Below, piece after piece: positions 17,972 to 26,522 of a stretch of DNA of 56,578 nt. The stretch is from an uncultured Gammaproteobacteria bacterium (lineage in GTDB: Bacteria > Patescibacteriota > Patescibacteriia > Patescibacteriales > UBA12465). Location of the stretch: the NCBI GenBank assembly GCA_964570655.1, contig CAZMYU010000005.1, positions 1-56,578 on the forward strand. Direction: 5' to 3'. Position 1 is the stretch's first letter, and the number at the start of each line of letters is the position of its first letter. The notes beneath the pieces are model-generated. The model was not told where the DNA came from. It did no database searches and worked only from the letters and a program-made list of their open reading frames with translations. The position numbers and the translations under genes are program-made.

Positions 17972-18448
17972 ATGAGTTGTTGCTCAGGCAAAACCAAAGC
18001 CCCCAAAAAGGCCAAAAAAGCCAAAAAAGGCTTTACTTTATTAGAAGTATTATTGGTAGTAGCGATTATCGCCATTTTGGCGGGAATTGTGATTCTAGCC
18101 TTAAATCCTTCTAAGCAATTAGCTGATTCACGCAATTCTCAACGTCGAGTTGATGTGAACACCATTTTAAATGCCGTGTATCAATATGCTGTGGATAATA
18201 ATGGCACTGTTCCAGCCACCATTTTGACTACCAGCACTGAAATTTGTAAGGCTAGCAGCACCTGCACTGGGTTAGTTGACCTATCAGTTTTAACCAATAG
18301 TGAAAAATTTTTGACTTCTATACCAACAGATCCAACCGGAGCTAGTACTAATGGTACTGGTTATAGGATTATGAAAACTGTTAACAATCGTGTCACGGTT
18401 ACAGCTCCTTCGGCTGAAAATGGAGCTTCCATTTCGGTTACTAGATAG
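17972..18448 (+). CDS. major type IV pilin candidate
   Basis: KG|FTLLEVLLVVAIIAILAGIV..LNP; preceded by its own AT-rich intergenic region and followed by a hairpin at 18462-18493. Confidence 0.88.
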   Translation: MSCCSGKTKAPKKAKKAKKGFTLLEVLLVVAIIAILAGIVILALNPSKQLADSRNSQRRVDVNTILNAVYQYAVDNNGTVPATILTTSTEICKASSTCTGLVDLSVLTNSEKFLTSIPTDPTGASTNGTGYRIMKTVNNRVTVTAPSAENGASISVTR

Positions 18449-18512
18449 TTTGAAAATATGTTGGAGCCATAATTTTTGTCGATTATGGCTCTAATCATAT
18501 TCTTAAGCTCTT

Positions 18513-20903
18513 ATGAAGAAAATTAGTAACAAAATTTCTCTAATCATTATTATTATCGCTGTTATCGGTGCTGGTCTTACCAGTTTTTTGGTTTATTATT
18601 TGTCTTCCAATGTAATTAAAAATCAGATTGGGATCGATCATTTAGATGTGGCTAGATCAATTTCTTCTAGCGTTGATCAATTTATCGATGAGCAACTTCG
18701 ATCAGTTGAATCAGTGGCCACTCGAAGTTTGGTAAAAAATTTTTTATCCCAAGCCAATCCCGATCCGGTTAGTCTTTATGGTAGTTTGGAAAATAATATT
18801 GTTGTTTATCCAGCCTGGCAACATATTGAAATTTTAGATTTACAGGGAAAGATTTTAGTATCAACTAACAAGGAAAGGCAAGGTTTTAAAATTACTAGTC
18901 TAATGAAAGATCATAATTGCCAAACCTTGTTAGATCAGGCTTTGTCCGGAAAAATAGTTTATAGCGATGTGCATTTTGCCGATCTTGATAAAAAAAATCC
19001 GGTGATGGTTTTTATGGTGCCAGTTTTTGACAACAATTCTAAGGTTGTCGGAGTGGTAGAGATGACCATGGACTGGTTGAAGGCTATTAAACTGTTTAAT
19101 GATTTTAGCGGAGAAAGAATTATTCATTTACTAAACCAAGATGGTTTGGAAATTGCGGAAAGTGGCCAAGATAATACCAATTATGTTTTAACAGAAGATT
19201 ATAGTCAATTACCTTTTTTTTCTGAGCTCCAGGGTTCTCAGGATAGATCTCTGATAGTCGATGAAGCCGGGGATGATGACGATCAAGAAGCAGCCGAAAT
19301 TTCTAAATCAGCTCTGATCTCAGTGGTTCAACAAAAAGGCAACGATAATTATCTTGGCAATGGTTGGATATTATTTACCGAGCAATCCAAAGATTTGGCT
19401 TTTGCTTCAGTTCGGGACCTATCACTTAAATTATTTGTTATTACCTTGCTTCTATTTGGATTATTTTTCTTTAGTATTAGAATGGCCATTAACAAATTAA
19501 TTATTAATCCTCTGGACCAAGTGGCTGACGGAGTCGAAAAAATTTCTCATGGTGACTTTTCGGTCAAAATTCTTCACCAGTCAAACGATGAGATTGGATC
19601 TTTGGTGCTTGGAGTCAACGATATGAAAGACAAACTCCAGGGTTTATATGGTCAGCTCAATCAAAAAGTCAAAGAGAAAACCGAGCTTTTAAATCAAAAA
19701 TTATTAGAAATCAAGGACAAAAATAAATCTCTAGAAGATAATCAACGAGCCGTCCTAAATATTTTAGAGGATATTAATATTGAGAAAAAAAGAACCGAAG
19801 CCCTAGCAACAGATTTGGAAAAATTTAAAATGGCCGTAGATAATGCTTCGGACCATATTGTGATTACTGATGTCGAGGGAATAATCCTCTATGCCAATCC
19901 AGCCGTTACCAAAATTACTGGCTTCGCTGTGGAGGATATAATTGGCAAAAAGGCTGGCAACAAAGAATTATGGGGCGGCCAAATGGACCAGGCTTTTTAT
20001 GAAAAGCTATGGAAAACAATCAAAACAGACAAGCAAGTTTTTGTCGGTGATGTTAATAATAAACGTATAAGTGGTGAGCAATATGTAGCCGCTGTAAGTC
20101 TATCCCCAGTTTTGAACAAAGATGGTCAAGTAGTCTTTTTTGTGGGTATTGAAAGGGATGTCACTAAAGAAAAGGACATTGATAAGGCCAAAACTGAATT
20201 TGTCTCCTTGGCCTCTCATCAACTCAGAACTCCGCTATCAGCTATTAATTGGTATGCTGAAATGTTGCTCGATGGTGACGCTGGCGCGGTTAATGAAGAA
20301 CAAAAAAAATATTTAGATGAGATTTATCATGGCAACCAAAGAATGGTGGCTCTAATTAATGCTTTGCTCAATGTTTCGCGTTTAGATTTGGGGACCTTTA
20401 TGATTGAGCCGGAAATGGTCAATCCTATTTCGCTGGCACAAGAAGTTATTAAGGATTTAACTCCTAAAATAAAAAATAAAAATCAAAAAATAATTGAAAA
20501 TTATGACGCCAATCTTCCGTTAATTAAGCTAGACCCCAAATTGATCAGGATTGTTTTTGATAATTTATTATCCAATGCCGTCAAATATACTCCAGACAAA
20601 GGGACTATTAAAATTGATATTAGCAAGAATACCAAGGATTTGATAATTAAAGTTGCGGACACTGGCTATGGGATTCCAACCGCTGATCAACCGCGCATCT
20701 TCCAAAAATTGTTTAGAGCTGATAATATTCGGGACAAGGATACCGACGGAACCGGCCTGGGGCTATATATAGTCAAGGCTATTATTACTGCTAGTCAGGG
20801 AACCTTGGGTTTTGTATCCAAAGAAAACAAAGGAACAACTTTTACGGTCACCTTGCCCTTGTCCGGAATGACTCCTAAGGAAGGTACCAAAGGATTATCA
20901 TAA
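18513..20903 (+). CDS. sensor histidine kinase (Cache-HAMP-PAS-HisKA-HATPase)
   Basis: H-box EFVSLASHQLRTPL, N-box NLLSNAVKYT, DTGYGI, GTGLGLYIVK. Confidence 0.93.
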   Translation: MKKISNKISLIIIIIAVIGAGLTSFLVYYLSSNVIKNQIGIDHLDVARSISSSVDQFIDEQLRSVESVATRSLVKNFLSQANPDPVSLYGSLENNIVVYPAWQHIEILDLQGKILVSTNKERQGFKITSLMKDHNCQTLLDQALSGKIVYSDVHFADLDKKNPVMVFMVPVFDNNSKVVGVVEMTMDWLKAIKLFNDFSGERIIHLLNQDGLEIAESGQDNTNYVLTEDYSQLPFFSELQGSQDRSLIVDEAGDDDDQEAAEISKSALISVVQQKGNDNYLGNGWILFTEQSKDLAFASVRDLSLKLFVITLLLFGLFFFSIRMAINKLIINPLDQVADGVEKISHGDFSVKILHQSNDEIGSLVLGVNDMKDKLQGLYGQLNQKVKEKTELLNQKLLEIKDKNKSLEDNQRAVLNILEDINIEKKRTEALATDLEKFKMAVDNASDHIVITDVEGIILYANPAVTKITGFAVEDIIGKKAGNKELWGGQMDQAFYEKLWKTIKTDKQVFVGDVNNKRISGEQYVAAVSLSPVLNKDGQVVFFVGIERDVTKEKDIDKAKTEFVSLASHQLRTPLSAINWYAEMLLDGDAGAVNEEQKKYLDEIYHGNQRMVALINALLNVSRLDLGTFMIEPEMVNPISLAQEVIKDLTPKIKNKNQKIIENYDANLPLIKLDPKLIRIVFDNLLSNAVKYTPDKGTIKIDISKNTKDLIIKVADTGYGIPTADQPRIFQKLFRADNIRDKDTDGTGLGLYIVKAIITASQGTLGFVSKENKGTTFTVTLPLSGMTPKEGTKGLS

Positions 20904-20925
20904 TAATTAAATAATTTTAAAAAAT

Positions 20926-21306
20926 ATGGAAGACAAAGTTATTTTGGTAGTGGAGGATGAGCGACCATTATCGGAAGCCATCAAAATTAAACTAGAAAAA
21001 AGTGGTTTAGGGGTAGTCACAGCGCGGAGTATTGATCAAGCTCTCAATCACCTCAAAGATCAGGTGAAAGTTGATGCTATTTGGCTAGATCATTATTTGT
21101 TGGGCAAAGGCAATGGCCTAGATTTGGTGGTCAAAATTAAAAGTGATGATTCGCCTTGGAAAACTATTCCAATTTTTGTGGTTTCCAATACCGTTACTCA
21201 AGACAAGATTAGCTCCTATTTAAATTTGGGAGTTAATAAATATTATACCAAGGCTGATTATCGCCTCGAAGATATTATCAAGGACATTAAAGCGGCGATT
21301 GTCTAA
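20926..21306 (+). CDS. single-domain response regulator
   Basis: LVVEDE, WLDHYL, VVSN, YYTK. Confidence 0.88.
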   Translation: MEDKVILVVEDERPLSEAIKIKLEKSGLGVVTARSIDQALNHLKDQVKVDAIWLDHYLLGKGNGLDLVVKIKSDDSPWKTIPIFVVSNTVTQDKISSYLNLGVNKYYTKADYRLEDIIKDIKAAIV

Positions 21307-21311
21307 AAAAG

Positions 21312-21782
21312 ATGGCGAAGAAAACTCCAATTCCCAAAGAGATTTTAAAAAAACAAACCCATCCAAAACTACAAGTGGTTTTATGGGTTTATTTTTTGAT
21401 CGCTATTATTTTTCTAGGTCTGGCTATTTGGCATGTCTTTTGGGATGATGTCCGCGGATGGTTGATTTTTGGACCATTAGCTCTAGGTCTAATTATTGGA
21501 GCTATTATTTCTAGAATTGCCAAAATATCTTGGGACTTGCAAACTCGCCAGGTAATCTCTAAGATAGATATCTTGGGGTTAGGAGTTTTGCTAGCTTATC
21601 TAATATTTTGCTGGTGGCGTCAAAGACTAATCGCTCAATTTGTTCATGGTCCAGAAATTACTACTGTTACTTTTTCTTTATTATCCGGAATTATGTATGG
21701 TCGAATGTTGGGGGTGCGCGGAAAAATCAAAAAAGTCATCAGGAAAAAAGAAAAATCTGTAATTTATATTAAAAAAAAATAA
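21312..21782 (+). CDS. hypothetical membrane protein
   Basis: Four hydrophobic segments and basic termini. Confidence 0.7.
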   Translation: MAKKTPIPKEILKKQTHPKLQVVLWVYFLIAIIFLGLAIWHVFWDDVRGWLIFGPLALGLIIGAIISRIAKISWDLQTRQVISKIDILGLGVLLAYLIFCWWRQRLIAQFVHGPEITTVTFSLLSGIMYGRMLGVRGKIKKVIRKKEKSVIYIKKK

Positions 21783-21785
21783 TTT

Positions 21786-23039
21786 ATGGAATTTTTTAAA
21801 TATCAAAATGAAAATTTGTATTGCGAGGGGATATCTTTGGGGGTTTTAACTAAAAGATTTAAAACTCCTTTTTATGTTACTAGTTCTCAAGCCATTATTA
21901 AACAAGCGGCTAATTTTGAATATAATTTTTCAAAATTAAAACATCTGACCTGTTATGCTGTTAAGGCCAATGATAATTTGAGTATTTTGAAATTATTAGC
22001 TGCCGCTGGCTTAGGGGCTGATGTTGGTTCCTGTGGCGAATTGTATCGAGCCAAACTCTCTGGCTTTCCAGCCAATAAAATAATTATGTCCGGGGTTGGT
22101 AAAACTAGTGATGATATTGTCGCCGCTTTGCAGGCTAAGATTTTGATGTTAAAAGTGGAATCGCTCAAAGAATTAGAGCAAATATCTAAATTGTCTAAAC
22201 AGCTCAAACTAGTGGCTGGGATTTCACTGAGAATCAACCCGCAGGTTTTGGCCGAGACTCATCATGCTCATACAGCTACTGGTGGATTGGAACATAAATT
22301 TGGGATTGATCAAAAAGACTTATCTCCAGCCTTAAAAATTATTAAAAAATCTAGTAATTTGCGACTAATTGGTTTGAATCTGCATATTGGATCACAAATC
22401 TTTAAAGTTGAGCCTTATCTCTTGGCTATCTCTAAAATGTTGAAAATAAAAAAACGCCTAACGGCGCAAGGAATTTTTGTTAAATATTTAGATATTGGTG
22501 GTGGATTTCCAATTACTTATGATCCAGATAAACCAGTGAGAGATTTGGAATACTTTGCTAAAGATATTATCAAGGTTTTGGAAAATGAATCAGCTAAAAT
22601 TATTTTTGAACCTGGCCGTTATCTAGTGGCTAATGCTTCAGCTTTAATTTCTCAAATTGTTTATATCAAAAAAAATTCTCAAGGTAAAAAATTTATAGTC
22701 ATGGATGCCGGCATGTCTGAATTAATGCGGCCAATTTTATATGATGCTTATCATCAAATCATCCCTATCAAAAAAGCTAAATCAACTAAATTGATTGCCG
22801 ATATCGTTGGCCCGCTTTGCGAATCAGGAGATGTTTTGGCTAAAGCGCGAGAAATTTCCAAAGTTAGAGAGCACGATTTTTTGGCAATTATGTCAGTGGG
22901 GGCTTATGGTACAGTGATGTCCAATAATTATAATGGCCGACTACGTCCACCAGAGCTCCTAATTAGTAATCGTCAAGTAAAAATTATTAGAAAAGGTGAA
23001 ACTCTCAAGCAGGCTATTCAAAATGAAATTGCTATATAA
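21786..23039 (+). CDS. lysA: diaminopimelate decarboxylase
   Basis: YAVKAN (PLP Lys), KFGI, HIGSQ, LDIGGGF, FEPGRY, GPLCESGD, GAYGTVMSNNYN. Confidence 0.9.
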   Translation: MEFFKYQNENLYCEGISLGVLTKRFKTPFYVTSSQAIIKQAANFEYNFSKLKHLTCYAVKANDNLSILKLLAAAGLGADVGSCGELYRAKLSGFPANKIIMSGVGKTSDDIVAALQAKILMLKVESLKELEQISKLSKQLKLVAGISLRINPQVLAETHHAHTATGGLEHKFGIDQKDLSPALKIIKKSSNLRLIGLNLHIGSQIFKVEPYLLAISKMLKIKKRLTAQGIFVKYLDIGGGFPITYDPDKPVRDLEYFAKDIIKVLENESAKIIFEPGRYLVANASALISQIVYIKKNSQGKKFIVMDAGMSELMRPILYDAYHQIIPIKKAKSTKLIADIVGPLCESGDVLAKAREISKVREHDFLAIMSVGAYGTVMSNNYNGRLRPPELLISNRQVKIIRKGETLKQAIQNEIAI

Positions 23040-23213
23040 AAAACTCCAGGTATCAAGGCCCTGTACTTGGTGGACAAAGCGTCGCCTGGAGTTTTAAGCG
23101 AAAGGGTGGTTCCCAATCAACCCGATATGATTTTTTTATGAACAAAGGAGATTTAATCATCCAGAACACAAGCGGAACCACCCAATCTATATACGACACA
23201 AACGAAAAAACTG
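23038..23213 (-). ncRNA. structured ncRNA candidate (~175 nt), 6S-like
   Basis: Minus-strand TTGACA(23249-23244)-17bp-TAATAT promoter; perfect 10-bp stem 23104-23113/23174-23183; 3' hairpin with U-tract. Confidence 0.45.
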
Positions 23214-23220
23214 TAATTAG

Positions 23221-23249
23221 ATATTAATATATATTTTTTTAATTGTCAA
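23221..23249 (-). promoter_or_regulatory. sigma70 promoter for the ncRNA candidate
   Basis: TTGACA-17bp-TAATAT directly after the NRAMP stop; no annotated gene downstream. Confidence 0.65.
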
Positions 23250-23252
23250 GAG

Positions 23253-24542
23253 TTAAGCTCGGCCAAGGCTCAAAAACATAGCCAGGGCAGAGAGAGCCAT
23301 CACACCAAAAGTTAACCAAACTAGAGTAGATGATAGGCGACTACTGCTATATTCACCCATGATATTTTTGTTACTAGCGATTTTGGCAATTACAAAAATC
23401 AGAGGCACGGCTACTACTCCATTAAAAACAGCTGTGAAAACTAGGGCCTTGATTGGATCAATGCCAATAAAATTAATAATTAGACCAATGATAGTGGCAA
23501 TCGTAATGATCCCATAAAAACCATGGGCTTTTTTTAATTTCAAATTGAGTCCTTGCTTGAAGTTTAGAGCCTCTGAGAGGGCATAGGAGGCTGAGCCAGA
23601 CAAAACTGGAATACCCAGTAGTCCCAGGCCAATCACTCCAATAGCGAAGATAATTTTGGCTATAAACCCGGCATTAGGAAAGGTTTGAACTAGTGGTTCT
23701 AGAGCCCGGGCGGCATCAGCAGCGGTGCCAATATTAGTAATCCCATTACTATGTAAAACCGTGGCCGCCACGACAATAATCGACCAAGCTGTTAATTGGG
23801 AAGCCAGCATGCCGATAAAATTATCGAGACGCATGTTTTTCAAAAATCTTCGACTGATTCGCGGAGTGCCATCTTTTCTGATTAAATGTTGAGCTTTTTC
23901 CTCTTCCACTTCCTCAGAAGCCCCCCAAAAGAACATATAGGGAGAGATAGTAGTACCCAAGACGCCGGTTAATATAAAGAAAAAAGAAAAAGACCAGTCA
24001 ATATGAGGGATTAGGGTTGATTTAAAAATTATTGGCCAGGGTTGATGCACTAAAAATAGAGTGACGATATAAGAAAGCAGAGCCGCGGCAAACCATTTGA
24101 GAATGCGAGCATAAACCTTGTAAGTGGTAAAGATTTCTAAGACCAAAATTAGGGCCGTAAAAAATAAAGTTAGAGCAGCAAAATTGATCGGAATAATTAA
24201 TCTAGCCGCTTCAGCCATGGCTCCAATATCAGCGCCAATATTAATAGTATTAGCAACAAACACTAAAATGACAATAAAAAATAAAAGTTTTTTGCTATAG
24301 AATTTTTTGACGACTCCAGCAATTCCATGACCAGTGACTGCTCCAATACGCGCACAAGCCTCTTGGACAGCAATCAGCATCGGCAGAATTGGAATAATGG
24401 TCCAAAGCTGTCCGTAACCAAATTGAGCACCGGTTTGGCTATAGGTAGCAATGCCCGATGGATCGTCATCAGCGGCACCAGTAATAATGCCTGGTCCTAA
24501 TTTTTTGAAAAATTTCTTTATTCCTAATTTGAATTTACGCAT
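23253..24542 (-). CDS. NRAMP-family divalent metal transporter
   Basis: LGPGIITGAADDDPSGIATYSQTGAQFG; GTTISPYMFF. Confidence 0.9.
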   Translation of the reverse strand: MRKFKLGIKKFFKKLGPGIITGAADDDPSGIATYSQTGAQFGYGQLWTIIPILPMLIAVQEACARIGAVTGHGIAGVVKKFYSKKLLFFIVILVFVANTINIGADIGAMAEAARLIIPINFAALTLFFTALILVLEIFTTYKVYARILKWFAAALLSYIVTLFLVHQPWPIIFKSTLIPHIDWSFSFFFILTGVLGTTISPYMFFWGASEEVEEEKAQHLIRKDGTPRISRRFLKNMRLDNFIGMLASQLTAWSIIVVAATVLHSNGITNIGTAADAARALEPLVQTFPNAGFIAKIIFAIGVIGLGLLGIPVLSGSASYALSEALNFKQGLNLKLKKAHGFYGIITIATIIGLIINFIGIDPIKALVFTAVFNGVVAVPLIFVIAKIASNKNIMGEYSSSRLSSTLVWLTFGVMALSALAMFLSLGRA

Positions 24543-24554
24543 AATTATAATGAA

Positions 24555-25502
24555 TTATTGAGCCTGAAATGATTCCGAAATATCCTCAGCCAAAATTTTG
24601 GCCTTTTTAGCACTATGAATAGATTTGAATAGAAAAAATCCAACGATCAGGAAAGTAATGACTGGAGAAACCCAGGATTTAATCTCTACTCCAAAAGAAT
24701 CTAAAACCATGATCAGTCCTAAAAATAAAATAGAGTACATGGCCCCATTTTTAAGAAAGGGATATTTTTTGATTCGATCAATATTGCCAACCGTTAGTTG
24801 TCGAACAATCAAAGCCCCCAAACCATTTCCAATTAAAATTAAGGGGATGCTGAGGGTAAAAGCAAAGGCTCCTAGAACGCCATCGATAGAAAAAGTGAGG
24901 TCAATGATTTCTAAAAAAACTATTTTGCTAAAATCAGATCTAGCTTGAGTCATCAAGGATTTTTCTTTGTTCTCGGCGCTTTCTTTGAAACCAGAGGTAA
25001 TGAAAAAAGCGGCGCTGCCGATGGTGGCCCCCAAGGCCATATTTTTATCAACTGCGAAGTAAACAATAGCCACGACAATTAGAGAAGCGACGACGTAAAA
25101 CCAGGTTTCGTTTTTGGAAAAAAACTTTTCAATGGCTTTAAGGCCATAGACCTTTTCTTCAGCAAAAAGCCAATGAAAAAATAAGAGAATCAAAAATATT
25201 CCACCACCAGCTAGTAGGGTTGGGGCTGATCTTTCAATGGATTCATGGACCACTGGATCACTAGAAAAGGTAGCTGAAACGGCCCCCCAAAAACCCATAT
25301 CAACATTAGCCAAATAGACTATTAGACAAGGCAAAAGTCCCCGAACCACAAAGACGGCAAAAAATATGCCCCAAGTCAAAAACCAACGGCGGGCTTTTTT
25401 GCCCATAGTGCCCAGTACTTGGGCATTAATAATCGCATTGTCAATACTGGAGATAGTCTCAAACAAACACAAACCTAAAATTATTAAAACAATACTCATC
25501 AT
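24555..25502 (-). CDS. DUF475/TerC-like membrane protein
   Basis: ETISSIDNAIINA; FLEIIDLTFSIDGVLGAFA. Confidence 0.85.
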   Translation of the reverse strand: MMSIVLIILGLCLFETISSIDNAIINAQVLGTMGKKARRWFLTWGIFFAVFVVRGLLPCLIVYLANVDMGFWGAVSATFSSDPVVHESIERSAPTLLAGGGIFLILLFFHWLFAEEKVYGLKAIEKFFSKNETWFYVVASLIVVAIVYFAVDKNMALGATIGSAAFFITSGFKESAENKEKSLMTQARSDFSKIVFLEIIDLTFSIDGVLGAFAFTLSIPLILIGNGLGALIVRQLTVGNIDRIKKYPFLKNGAMYSILFLGLIMVLDSFGVEIKSWVSPVITFLIVGFFLFKSIHSAKKAKILAEDISESFQAQ

Positions 25503-25565
25503 AATAAATAGACTAAATTAATTATACAAATAGTATAACATTTTTTAGAAAATTTAATAACTCCC

Positions 25566-25611
25566 AATCCTGGTGCCTGGCACCAGAATTCTGGTGCCTG
25601 GCACCAGGAAT
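25566..25611. repeat. tandem REP doublet, left flank of RAYT
   Basis: Two copies of CTGGTGCCTGGCACCAG (25570-25586, 25591-25607). Confidence 0.9.
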
Positions 25612-25792
25612 TAAAAAACATCAAAAAAACCAATGTTTTAGAGTCTTTAATCTAATGTTTTGATAAATTATTTCGGGCTTGATTATTTTAAAATTTGTAT
25701 TAAAATATAGATAAATTAATTAAAATTAATATTCAATTTCAAACAAGCCCCTCATTTGTTGGGGCTTTTTGTTTTGGATAAAATTTAAACGT

Positions 25793-26449
25793 ATGGGACG
25801 GCCACTTAGAATTCAATACCCCGGAGCCCTGTATCATGTCTTTACTAGGGGCAATAATAAAAAAATAATATTTATGAATGATGGCGATTATGGATTATTT
25901 TTGTCTATTTTAAAAAAGGTTGTAAATGATTACGGATGGGTAATATACGCTTACTGTTTAATGCCCAATCATTATCATCTGCTAATTGAAACACCAAAGG
26001 CTAATTTGGCTAAGGGGATGTTTGAGTTAAATTATAAATACGCTAATAAATTCAATTATTTTTATAAAAAAGTGGGGCATTTGTTTGCTGGAAGATATAA
26101 AGCTATTTTAGTTGAAAAAGAATCCTATTTGTTCAGATTGATAAAGTATATTGCTCAAAATCCAGTTAGAAAAAGACTGGTTAAGAGTCCATCGACTTGG
26201 CGGTGGAGCAGTTGTTTCGAAATAATTAAAAACAAAAGAATAACCGGATGCATAGATAGAGAAAAAATAATGTTATTATTTGGCAACATGTTAGAATATA
26301 AACGATTTATTTCAACTGGAAAAATTAGCGAAAATTTTGTTAGACTCGGTATTCAAAATAAGTATATTCTCGGATCTCAGAGTTTTATAGCTAGTATTAG
26401 GAATCTTGGTGCCAGGCACCAGAATCCTGGTGCCTGGCACCAGGAATAG
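25793..26449 (+). mobile_element. REP-associated tyrosine transposase (RAYT, Y1 HUH family)
   Basis: YHVFTRGNN, AYCLMPNHYHLL (HUH), FAGRYKA, KYIAQNPVR (catalytic Tyr), WRWSS; flanked by REPs; ATG 25793. Confidence 0.9.
26402..26447. repeat. tandem REP doublet, right flank of RAYT (inside the 3' end of the ORF)
   Basis: 43/46 identical direct repeat of 25566-25611; encodes LGARHQNPGAWHQE. Confidence 0.9.
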
Positions 26450-26522
26450 AAAAAAATTAAAAAAGCCCAATGTTTGTAGGCTTTTTTAGTTTATTTTTTG
26501 TTAAAAATATTTTTTATTTAGT

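Noticed and set aside
25503-25565. yybP-ykoY Mn riboswitch upstream of the TerC/NRAMP genes
   Set aside because: Leader is short and AT-rich with no recognisable aptamer
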